From positions 248,001 to 312,000 of IMG/VR virus record IMGVR_UViG_3300031951_000001: 64,000 nt of DNA; one strand, 5' to 3'. The notes beneath the pieces were generated by a model. It did no database searches and was not told the DNA's origin. It saw only the letters and a list, made by a program, of their open reading frames with translations. Below, one piece after another: positions 50,385 to 58,426 of this stretch; the first letter of the stretch is position 1; each line of letters begins with the position of its first letter. Position numbers and translations under genes: made by a program.

Positions 50385-52757
50385 ATGGATTTGTTTAATC
50401 CCCCACCAAATTTCAACTATAAAAAAATGATTCATAAGTTAGATACTAATTCGCTTGATAATCCATACATACAGGTCGTATGGGAGGATTATGCTGAAAA
50501 TATCACGCAAGAAAAGATAAAAAGCGTAAGACATTATTTTCAAAAGAAGTATCTATCAACAAATGTTAATGTCATAACCAAGACAAAGACATCTGATGAG
50601 ACCGTTCAGACAGTTGATATTTCATTCAATGTATTGGATAAGAATTATCAACTTGAATTAATGAAGTCTTTTTTAACTAATAAGGGTAATGATAACCTTT
50701 ATGATGAAATTTATAAGTTGGATGGTATTGTTGATAGTAAGTTGGCGATGGATGACTCTGAAGTAACACCATTCAAACGGTGGTATATCAAAAAAATAGA
50801 GTTCTCTAACTTTCTATCATATGGGGAAAATCAAGTTGTTGATTTCACAAAGTGTGATGGTATCACGGTGATTGAGTCTAACCCACCAAACTTTGGAGGT
50901 AAGACCGTATTGTCGGTTGACTTGTTATTGTTCCTATTCTTCAATGAGACTACCAAGACATCAAAGGCTGAAGAGGTATTCAATCGTTTCACGGATAAGA
51001 ACAAGGTATCTGTCAAAGGTGAAATCATTATTGATGGTGATGAATACATTATTGTTCGTAACATTGAACGTAAGAAGTCTAAAGCTGGTGATTGGAATGT
51101 TAAGACCGAGCTAGACTTCTTTAAGAAACTATCTGATGGTAGTCTTATGAATTTCACTGGTGAGCAAAGACGTGAGACTGAAACGTTTATCAAGAATTCT
51201 ATTGGGTCAAAGGAAGATTTTCTTATGACTATCCTTACAACGGCAACTAATCTTGAGGATTTGATTGACTCTAAACCAACAGCTCGTGGTCAAGTGTTAT
51301 CACGATTTATGGGTCTTGAGTTTCTAAAACGTAAGGAAGACGCTGCGAAGGAAGTGTTCAGTGAGTTTTCAAAATCAATGATTTCAAATGTTCATAATAG
51401 TGAGCAATTGAAAACTGAAATTGAGAATTGTAAAAACGGTATTCAAGAACATAAGAATACCATTGGTGAGAGACAGAGTGAATTAATTGATGTTCAGAAC
51501 AGAATTATCAAAGGTCAAGAATATCGTGATGGGTTGTTAAAGAACAAACACACCGATATTGATAAAGAGATTAGTATGGTACAACCGGCTCAAGTTAAGT
51601 CCGAGATTGCCGACCTAAACTTCAAGAAAGATGTTGTGGTTAAACAATTATCTGAAGTCAAAGTTGTTGAACCATCCAAGTATTATCACGAAGACAAACA
51701 CGATAAAGTTAAAGATGAATACAACAAATCATTTAAACAAATGGTTGAGGTTGAAAGTAAGATTAAATCAATTGAAGAATTAAAGAGTTCTGTTGAAGGT
51801 GGAATAAAATGTGAACACTGTGGAATTGACTTAATGATGGCCTCAATTACACAATCTAAAATTGCCGAACTTGATGGTTATATCCAGCAAAAAGACCAAA
51901 TTTATACCACAATGCAGGTTTTAACCAGCACAGAACAAACATTTGTTAGACTTAAAAAAGAATTTGATGAATACGAAAAGAATAAACTAGTCAAAGAAAA
52001 ACTCGACTTGAGCATTGAAAGTTTTGATATGAAAATTGAGAAACTCCATGACAAATTGAAAAAGTACGAAGAGGCCCAAGACAAAATTCAAGAAAATACC
52101 AAAATTGAAGAACAACTCCTCAAAGCCAATATGAGACTTGACGATTTGGAAAATCAAAAAACGTCAGTTAATAATGAGTTAACTCGTCTCAACTTTGACA
52201 TTGAAAAACTTAATGATAAGATTGATAATAACAATAAGATTATTGAGAAGATAAAGCAAGAAGCGGAGAGAGAAAAAATCTATAAAGTTTATTTGGAGAT
52301 TTATGGTAAGAACGGAATTTCAAAGATTATCATGAAAACCATGATGCCACTTATCAACTCTGAACTTCAAAGACTTTTAGAAAACAGTTGTCATTTCAGA
52401 TTGGAAATTCAAATTAATGAAAAGAATGAGGTTGAATTCATCATGGTTGATAACAATACCCAAGTTGAAAAACTTATGTCATCAGGGTCAGGGTATGAAC
52501 GTACAATAGCATCGCTGGCGTTAAGAGCGGTATTAAGTAAGATATGTTCATTACCAAAACCAAATATCATAGTTTTTGATGAAGTTTTTGGTAAAATATC
52601 TAATGATAATCTTGAAATGGTTTCAGAATTTTTCACAAAAATCAAAGATTATTTTGAAAAAATTTTCTTAATAACTCACAATCCATTAGTTACCAACTGG
52701 TCGGATAATGTTATCAGGATTAGAAAGGAAGAAAATATTAGCTACGTGTCACAATAA
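50385..52757 (+). CDS. sbcC: gp46/SbcC/Rad50-like SMC ATPase with an N-terminal extension
   Basis: KIEFSNFLSYG, variant Walker A NFGGKT, coiled coils, CEHC hook, signature-like SGSGYE, Walker B IVFDEVFG, and LITH. Confidence 0.88.
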   Translation: MDLFNPPPNFNYKKMIHKLDTNSLDNPYIQVVWEDYAENITQEKIKSVRHYFQKKYLSTNVNVITKTKTSDETVQTVDISFNVLDKNYQLELMKSFLTNKGNDNLYDEIYKLDGIVDSKLAMDDSEVTPFKRWYIKKIEFSNFLSYGENQVVDFTKCDGITVIESNPPNFGGKTVLSVDLLLFLFFNETTKTSKAEEVFNRFTDKNKVSVKGEIIIDGDEYIIVRNIERKKSKAGDWNVKTELDFFKKLSDGSLMNFTGEQRRETETFIKNSIGSKEDFLMTILTTATNLEDLIDSKPTARGQVLSRFMGLEFLKRKEDAAKEVFSEFSKSMISNVHNSEQLKTEIENCKNGIQEHKNTIGERQSELIDVQNRIIKGQEYRDGLLKNKHTDIDKEISMVQPAQVKSEIADLNFKKDVVVKQLSEVKVVEPSKYYHEDKHDKVKDEYNKSFKQMVEVESKIKSIEELKSSVEGGIKCEHCGIDLMMASITQSKIAELDGYIQQKDQIYTTMQVLTSTEQTFVRLKKEFDEYEKNKLVKEKLDLSIESFDMKIEKLHDKLKKYEEAQDKIQENTKIEEQLLKANMRLDDLENQKTSVNNELTRLNFDIEKLNDKIDNNNKIIEKIKQEAEREKIYKVYLEIYGKNGISKIIMKTMMPLINSELQRLLENSCHFRLEIQINEKNEVEFIMVDNNTQVEKLMSSGSGYERTIASLALRAVLSKICSLPKPNIIVFDEVFGKISNDNLEMVSEFFTKIKDYFEKIFLITHNPLVTNWSDNVIRIRKEENISYVSQ

Positions 52758-52788
52758 TTTGTGTAATTGAAAAGTTTGAGTATCTTTG
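52758..52788 (+). promoter_or_regulatory. Bacteroidota housekeeping-type promoter (-33/-7)
   Basis: TTTG (52758-61), 19-nt spacer, TATCTTTG (52781-88); an exact consensus match. Confidence 0.75.
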
Positions 52789-52803
52789 TCAAAAATTAAT
52801 CAT

Positions 52804-53301
52804 ATGAACTACTTATTAATTGTATTCGGAAAAAATATGAACGAAGTGTCGGCAATCGATATTTGCGAAAAAATTACAGGAGAAGAAAAAATTCATGAGG
52901 TACAATACCATGTAACCGATGACTCCATAACAATACTGTTCAAGAGTATTCTGGCCCAAAAGAAACTACATCAAATTTTCTCACCAATTTTTGGAGAAAA
53001 GAACACAATCTATGTTCTATTAGAAAATGTCAGCGACATAAACTCCGCTAACATGGCTAAAGGAATTTACCAAATGTTCTTCAATAATGAAGAGGTGAAT
53101 GAAAATGAAGAAGTGATAGAATTTGAAGAGGAGGAAGAATTTGATATCGATGTTAGTAAATTAAGAGACTTATTGAATAAGAAAGTTGAAGAAAAAGAAT
53201 TAACTTTGGACGAAATCTTGGATAAGATTAATACCCAAGGGATATATTCACTAACAGATAAAGAAAAAAAACAATTAGATAATTACGCAAACAATATATG
53301 A
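52804..53301 (+). CDS. Hypothetical protein with a C-terminal DUF6576-like motif
   Basis: LDEILDKINTQGIYSLTDKEKKQL; start set to ATG 52804, downstream of the promoter. Confidence 0.6.
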   Translation: MNYLLIVFGKNMNEVSAIDICEKITGEEKIHEVQYHVTDDSITILFKSILAQKKLHQIFSPIFGEKNTIYVLLENVSDINSANMAKGIYQMFFNNEEVNENEEVIEFEEEEEFDIDVSKLRDLLNKKVEEKELTLDEILDKINTQGIYSLTDKEKKQLDNYANNI

Positions 53302-54098
53302 AAGACAAAAACACAGGTATTCCTATTAACCAAGAAGAAATTCAATATTACCTCAAAGACATTCGCAAAATAAAGGTAATGTCTCCCGAACGTGAGCGTG
53401 AGCTCGCCTCAAGAATGTTGTCTGAAAACATTACAGATAAGGAACGTAAAGAAATTGAAAAAGAATTGTTGATTGGTAACTTACGTTTTGTAATTACCGT
53501 GGCCAAACAATATCAGAATCAAGGATTAGATTTCCCTGACCTCATTGCCGAAGGTAACTTGGGTCTTATGAAAGCTATCCATAACTTTGATTGGAGTAAA
53601 AATCTTCGTTTCATATCATACGCAGTGTGGTGGGTTAAACAATCAATCCTTCAATCTCTTAACGACAATGCTCGTACAATCCGACTACCAGTAAATGTTG
53701 TACAGGACCTACAACGAGCAAAGAAAGAGGTTGAGTCAAAGGGTGGTAAGTTGGATGAGAAGTTTGAGATGTTACCTTCGATTATTGACCTTGATATGAA
53801 TATCAATGAGGAAGGTGATACACTTGTCGATATTATTAAAAATGAAGACGCTGACATGCCTGACGCGGTATTCAACAACAAAGATGTACTGAAGTCGGAG
53901 TTAATCAATCTTCTAAACGTTTTGGACGAACGTGAAAAAGTAATCGTACTTGACTACTTTGGTCTAACTGGTACTCCACGAACATTGGAAGATATCGGAA
54001 CAGATTTTGGTCTTACCAAAGAACGTGTAAGACAAATCAAAGAGAAAGCGTTGAGGAAATTACGAAACGAAAGTTCAGTACTTTTCGACTACATGTAA
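53298..54098 (+). CDS. rpoD: RNA polymerase sigma70 factor, Bacteroidota primary-sigma-like
   Basis: Region 1.2 YYLKDIRK; region 2 NLRFVITVAKQYQNQGL...EGNLGL...FISYAVWW; region 4 TLEDIG...LTKERVRQI; no region 1.1. Confidence 0.88.
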   Translation: MKDKNTGIPINQEEIQYYLKDIRKIKVMSPERERELASRMLSENITDKERKEIEKELLIGNLRFVITVAKQYQNQGLDFPDLIAEGNLGLMKAIHNFDWSKNLRFISYAVWWVKQSILQSLNDNARTIRLPVNVVQDLQRAKKEVESKGGKLDEKFEMLPSIIDLDMNINEEGDTLVDIIKNEDADMPDAVFNNKDVLKSELINLLNVLDEREKVIVLDYFGLTGTPRTLEDIGTDFGLTKERVRQIKEKALRKLRNESSVLFDYM

Positions 54099-54108
54099 AA
54101 AATAAAAG

Positions 54109-54139
54109 ACCTTCTATTTATTATAATAGAAGGTTTTTT
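54109..54139 (+). terminator. Intrinsic terminator after the sigma gene
   Basis: 10-bp stem ACCTTCTATT/AATAGAAGGT, 6-nt loop, followed by a T run; A run upstream. Confidence 0.7.
54115..54122 (+). promoter_or_regulatory. Putative late promoter motif inside a terminator hairpin
   Basis: TATTTATT spans the 5' arm and loop, upstream of 54160. Confidence 0.45.
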
Positions 54140-54159
54140 ACTTTTATAATAAAACTATC

Positions 54160-54456
54160 ATGAAAAAAGTATTAGAATTTTTAGACGCATGGGGTGTTAG
54201 AATTTCAAGTATTCTCATCCTTATTATCTTTTTCAAAACCTGTAGTACTAACACACGTATAGAAAAGGTTAAAGATGTATCCTTAAAAAATAATGAGAGA
54301 ATTGACTCTTTGGCTATCGAATTGAGAAAAGAAATCAAAATCGAAGGTTTGGAGGCGGAGAGAAGAATGATTCAATCAACCGATAGAGAGTTGATGGATG
54401 TTACAAGACAAGAAAGGATTGGTAATATCATCGACAGTTTAAAAACTCGTAAATGA
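54160..54456 (+). CDS. Small membrane-anchored coiled-coil protein (putative lysis cassette)
   Basis: Hydrophobic stretch ending FFKTC, then a helical domain. Confidence 0.6.
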   Translation: MKKVLEFLDAWGVRISSILILIIFFKTCSTNTRIEKVKDVSLKNNERIDSLAIELRKEIKIEGLEAERRMIQSTDRELMDVTRQERIGNIIDSLKTRK

Positions 54457-55301
54457 GAAAAATATTTAACTGGGTTGTAGAACACCCCAACAGAACTATG
54501 TTCTTGATACCAATTATATTGGTAGCTATTATCTCAATATCCCACGTCGTTTCTTGGTATGACATAGCCAATCCATTTAATTGGGCCATCTACTTATCAA
54601 TTGCAATTGAGATTGGTGCAATGACGGCTCTTGTTGCTGCAACCAACAAAATTAAAGGAGGGGTTTGGTTTATGTTTGGGTTGATTACCTTCATTCAAAT
54701 GATTGGTAATATCTACTTCTCGTTTAAAGAAATTGAGGTTAATGGGGAATTATTCAGGTCTTGGGTTGAATTAACATCACCTGTATGGGAAGCTCTTGGC
54801 TCTGATATGTCTGATATGACATCGGCAAGAAGATGGTTGGCGTTTCTTGAAGGAGGTTTGTTACCTATTATATCATTGACATCGCTTCACTTCTTTACAA
54901 AATACGATGTTGGGAAAAAAGAAAACAAAATTGGAATTGAAAAGATTGTTGTTGAAAAAACGGTAGAAGTACCGGTTGAAAAGATTGTCGAGGTGGAGAA
55001 AATTGTTGAAGTACCTGTTGATAAGATTGTGGAAGTTGAAAAGATAGTTGAGGTAGAAAGAATAGTCGAGGTACCCGTTGAAAAGATAGTTGAAGTACCA
55101 GTTAGAGACGAGCAATCATACGCACAACTATTATCAAGGATTGCTGAATTAGAAAAAATGCAACCTCCTGTTGTTGAGAAAATAGTTGAAGTCCCCGTCG
55201 AAAAAATAGTTGAGGTGGAGAAGATAGTCGAAGTACCGGTCTATATTGAAAAAGGTAACGATGATGATGAAAACTCAAGAAGATTGACCTACTCAAAGTA
55301 A
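54453..55301 (+). CDS. Multi-TM membrane protein with EKIVEVPV repeats
   Basis: About four hydrophobic segments, then many VEKIVEV(P) units. Confidence 0.7.
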   Translation: MRKIFNWVVEHPNRTMFLIPIILVAIISISHVVSWYDIANPFNWAIYLSIAIEIGAMTALVAATNKIKGGVWFMFGLITFIQMIGNIYFSFKEIEVNGELFRSWVELTSPVWEALGSDMSDMTSARRWLAFLEGGLLPIISLTSLHFFTKYDVGKKENKIGIEKIVVEKTVEVPVEKIVEVEKIVEVPVDKIVEVEKIVEVERIVEVPVEKIVEVPVRDEQSYAQLLSRIAELEKMQPPVVEKIVEVPVEKIVEVEKIVEVPVYIEKGNDDDENSRRLTYSK

Positions 55302-55309
55302 AATGACCT

Positions 55310-55912
55310 ATGTTCGAATTAATAAAATACGGAGAGTTTGAAGTAGGGGACCACAACAACAAAATTCAGATAATATTACTTAATACTTTAAGAGACAAAG
55401 AAACGTTTTTGAACTCCGCGAAGTATAGATTTAACGGGAAAAATCAAAAAATACCTAACTACTTAATCACTAGGGAAGGTAAGATTATTCAACTATTAGA
55501 AAACACTGAAAGTCCTAAATTCTTTTTGGATAAAAAAATAAATCAGAATTCTATTATAGTCTGTTTAGAAAATTTAGGTTGGTTACAAAAAGAACCTTTA
55601 AACGAGAATTACATTAACTGGATTGGAGATATTTATAAAGGTAATGTGTTCGAAAAAAAGTGGAGGGATTATTTCTTTTGGGAACCTTATAGTGAAATAC
55701 AAATCGAAGCGACAGCTTTTATATGTAAAAAATTGTTCGAAGAAATATCCATAAAGAAGCAAGTGGTAGGACACAATACCAAAATTAATGGAGCCGAGAG
55801 AACAGAGGGAGTTTTATGTAGAAGTAATTTCAGTCAAGATTTTACTGACGTAAATCCTTCTTTCGATTTTGAACTTTTTTTAAAATATATAGAAGATGAA
55901 CAATTCACATGA
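55310..55912 (+). CDS. Amidase_2-like (N-acetylmuramoyl-L-alanine amidase fold) protein, possibly degenerate
   Basis: YLITREGKIIQLL, NSIIVCLEN, YSEIQIEA and VVGH match the amidase_2 pattern; the first Zn-ligand His is absent. Confidence 0.65.
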   Translation: MFELIKYGEFEVGDHNNKIQIILLNTLRDKETFLNSAKYRFNGKNQKIPNYLITREGKIIQLLENTESPKFFLDKKINQNSIIVCLENLGWLQKEPLNENYINWIGDIYKGNVFEKKWRDYFFWEPYSEIQIEATAFICKKLFEEISIKKQVVGHNTKINGAERTEGVLCRSNFSQDFTDVNPSFDFELFLKYIEDEQFT

Positions 55913-56513
55913 TGAAATTAAAAAATTACTTCGAGCATCTCGTGAGATGTTGTCTAGTACTGAAGTAATTGACGAAACAAATAGAATTAAAAACCAATAC
56001 GGTATTCTAACTGAACAAGGAGTTAGCTTGGTTGGGGGCGGTAATGTCACTAAAAAACTTAATGTTGCTAAATCTGTTGAAGATGAAATTGAGGATGACG
56101 AACAAGAAATGGACCCATCCAAAGAGGATAAGAAACAGGCTTACAGAATATCAGGAGGTATTTTAGTATTACACGGAAAGGACAAGACAGATTTAGAATT
56201 GACTACCGACGAGAAAATCGCGTTCCAAGAAACTATGGACGAATTCGTGTCAGAAGTTTCCGATTTAGTAGATTTCAACAAATTAAATGTATATACAAAC
56301 AATGTTGAATGGTCAGGTAAAATTATTGATTTTGATATAGAATTTTTCTACTCGATAGGTGAAGAAAATGGAATCTATCTAAATGGAGAAATGATTAAAA
56401 CTGACGAGAAATTTTTGGATTTGATAACAAAACTAAAAACTTATTATGAAAAATTCAAATCTAAATGGGCTAAAATTTTGGCTTCTCGTAAAAAAACAAA
56501 ACCTGAAGAATGA
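55896..56513 (+). CDS. Hypothetical protein (late cluster)
   Basis: 205-aa acidic ORF overlapping both neighbours. Confidence 0.6.
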   Translation: MNNSHDEIKKLLRASREMLSSTEVIDETNRIKNQYGILTEQGVSLVGGGNVTKKLNVAKSVEDEIEDDEQEMDPSKEDKKQAYRISGGILVLHGKDKTDLELTTDEKIAFQETMDEFVSEVSDLVDFNKLNVYTNNVEWSGKIIDFDIEFFYSIGEENGIYLNGEMIKTDEKFLDLITKLKTYYEKFKSKWAKILASRKKTKPEE

Positions 56514-56869
56514 TGAACTTGAAAGATATTATAAGTAATTTACTAATCATCGCAGTTGGTGCTTTGGTTGTGTATTCATTAATGCTTACTACAGATTTAA
56601 GTGTTGATGTTAAATCTTACTATGACAGAGTTGATGGGTTACAGACCAAAATTGATTCTGCTATGGCGGTCAATCAAAGAATTGACAATAAAATTGCTAA
56701 ACTCGACTCGGCTATTTTGGTTATTAATAACGAAATACACCTTGTTGATGAAAACATAAACATAATTAAAACTAGAACAAATGCCAAAGTTTCTGCTGTT
56801 GATAATTTTAACTATTCTGAACTTCAAAAGTTTTTCTCAAAAAGATACAACCCAAATAACCCTAAGTAA
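56510..56869 (+). CDS. N-anchored coiled-coil membrane protein (spanin-like candidate)
   Basis: N-terminal TM followed by a long heptad helix. Confidence 0.5.
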   Translation: MMNLKDIISNLLIIAVGALVVYSLMLTTDLSVDVKSYYDRVDGLQTKIDSAMAVNQRIDNKIAKLDSAILVINNEIHLVDENINIIKTRTNAKVSAVDNFNYSELQKFFSKRYNPNNPK

Positions 56870-57188
56870 CCAAACTGCCAAGTTAGTTATAAAGGATATT
56901 TTAGCCGGTGACGGGTGTAAAGAAGAGCTCGAGCAAACTTACCTAAAGATTGCTAAAATGGAGGAAAGAGATATCCAAAAGGATAGTGTTATTTATTTCC
57001 TTAAAGAAAAGGATTTAAATAATCAAAACATTATAGGTTATAAAGATGGTCAAATAGGACAATTAAGAGAATTGTCTAAAAATTTAGAAGACGCAATAGA
57101 AGACCAAAATGATAAAATAAAATGGTGGAGACGAGGAGCTATTGCTGGAGGAGTTACCACATTACTATTATTAATAATTGCTTTTTAA
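56781..57188 (+). CDS. Signal-peptide coiled-coil protein with a C-terminal TM (spanin-like candidate)
   Basis: MPKFLLLIILTILNFKSFSQ signal-like start; KWWRRGAIAGGVTTLLLLIIAF tail; 89-nt overlap with the upstream gene. Confidence 0.5.
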   Translation: MPKFLLLIILTILNFKSFSQKDTTQITLSNQTAKLVIKDILAGDGCKEELEQTYLKIAKMEERDIQKDSVIYFLKEKDLNNQNIIGYKDGQIGQLRELSKNLEDAIEDQNDKIKWWRRGAIAGGVTTLLLLIIAF

Positions 57189-57189
57189 C

Positions 57190-57435
57190 ATGGCACTTTC
57201 AGACACCGATAAAAAACAAATTGAAGTCATGATACGTAAAGAAATCAAAGACTTCATTGGTAGTAATACCATGAGACAATATGAAGACAAACTTATTGAC
57301 ACTATTTCTCGAGAAATCAAAAGAGGAAAGATTGAGGGAGATGTTAAAGAGGTAGTCATAAAAGTATTCAGAGAGTTTTACAATTTTATGTGGACTCAAA
57401 GAGGATATTGGGAACCAAGATTGAAAAATGCTTAA
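57190..57435 (+). CDS. Hypothetical protein
   Basis: MALSDTDKKQIE...; start moved to ATG 57190, 1 nt after the upstream stop. Confidence 0.6.
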   Translation: MALSDTDKKQIEVMIRKEIKDFIGSNTMRQYEDKLIDTISREIKRGKIEGDVKEVVIKVFREFYNFMWTQRGYWEPRLKNA

Positions 57436-57673
57436 AGAAGAAGAAAGTTTTACCAATAGGCTTAAAAGTGAAATTAATACCCAAGCCGGTAGAAGTGGTG
57501 TCGTACATAAGTATGGTAGTGACGCGGTAATGTCAATTAATAAACTTACACAATCTTTAGGTGAGGATGAAATGGAAGAGGACTGGTCTGAAAAGTATAA
57601 AAAAAGTATTGACTGTAATAACCCAAAGGATTTAGTCAAAGAGCTCATTGTCAAGGGAGGAAAAAGAAAATGA
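57428..57673 (+). CDS. Hypothetical protein; 0-frame half of an apparent frameshifted gene
   Basis: Reads ...DWSEKYKKSIDCNNPK in frame 0; the motif continues in the -1 frame. Confidence 0.55.
   Translation: MLKEEESFTNRLKSEINTQAGRSGVVHKYGSDAVMSINKLTQSLGEDEMEEDWSEKYKKSIDCNNPKDLVKELIVKGGKRK
57622..57628 (+). other. Candidate -1 slippery heptamer C CCA AAG (or site of a 1-nt deletion)
   Basis: X XXY YYZ in the correct phase; the -1 frame is open from 57622 into ORF 57670..58395 and closed by TAA at 57619-21. Confidence 0.5.
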
Positions 57674-58395
57674 AAGAAAATATAACCGAAGCCGAAAGAA
57701 CATTAATGGCAAGATTGAAAGACTTGGCAAGAAAACACGTCAAGGGTGACTCAAAAGATGCTAACCGAAAGGAAAAAATACAAAAAATGTTTGACATGTT
57801 AGTAAAACAACTTCACAAAGGTACAAAGGTGGAGATGGAACACGACATGGGTAAAGAGGAGGCTCAAAAAATAGCTTTAGACCATTTGGAGGAATTTCCT
57901 GATTATTATACACGTTTAAAAAAGGCGGAGGCGGCTGAAGCCACAGGCTCGGGCTCGGCTGGTGGGTTTGAGGTCCCCTTATTTTCTGAACCAAAAAAAC
58001 TTGATAGTATGTTCAAATCAGAACAACCTAAAAAGAAAGTTAAAGGAGGTTTTGTTAATGACGAAACCCCCAAGAAGGTCGAGGCTACCGAAGCTACCAG
58101 CTCTTCTTCTGTTGGTGCCTATGACGCACCAGGTTTTGAAGATGTTAAAATGAAAGGTAATAATGAACGTGGTTCAGGTAGGTCATATAAGAATACACAA
58201 ATACCTGGTGGAAAATTTGTTAAAGTTAAGGAAAAATGTAAAAAATTTCCTTATTGTAATCAGGGAGATATTAAAGCTTTGAAAATTTGGGAGAATAAGA
58301 CACTCCAAAAAGTCATAACAGACATAAGTAAAAAACAGAATATTAGTGAGAGTGTAATCAAAAATATTATTGCTTACGAACTAGGATTAATTTAA
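57670..58395 (+). CDS. Hypothetical putative head-associated protein; -1 frame half
   Basis: 241-aa K/E-rich ORF; KCKKFPYCNQG motif. Confidence 0.6.
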   Translation: MKENITEAERTLMARLKDLARKHVKGDSKDANRKEKIQKMFDMLVKQLHKGTKVEMEHDMGKEEAQKIALDHLEEFPDYYTRLKKAEAAEATGSGSAGGFEVPLFSEPKKLDSMFKSEQPKKKVKGGFVNDETPKKVEATEATSSSSVGAYDAPGFEDVKMKGNNERGSGRSYKNTQIPGGKFVKVKEKCKKFPYCNQGDIKALKIWENKTLQKVITDISKKQNISESVIKNIIAYELGLI

Positions 58396-58404
58396 TTAAA
58401 TTGA

Positions 58405-58412
58405 TATTTATA
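58405..58412 (+). promoter_or_regulatory. Putative late promoter motif TATTTAT
   Basis: TATTTATA upstream of 58427. Confidence 0.5.
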
Positions 58413-58426
58413 TAAAAAAATTAAAG

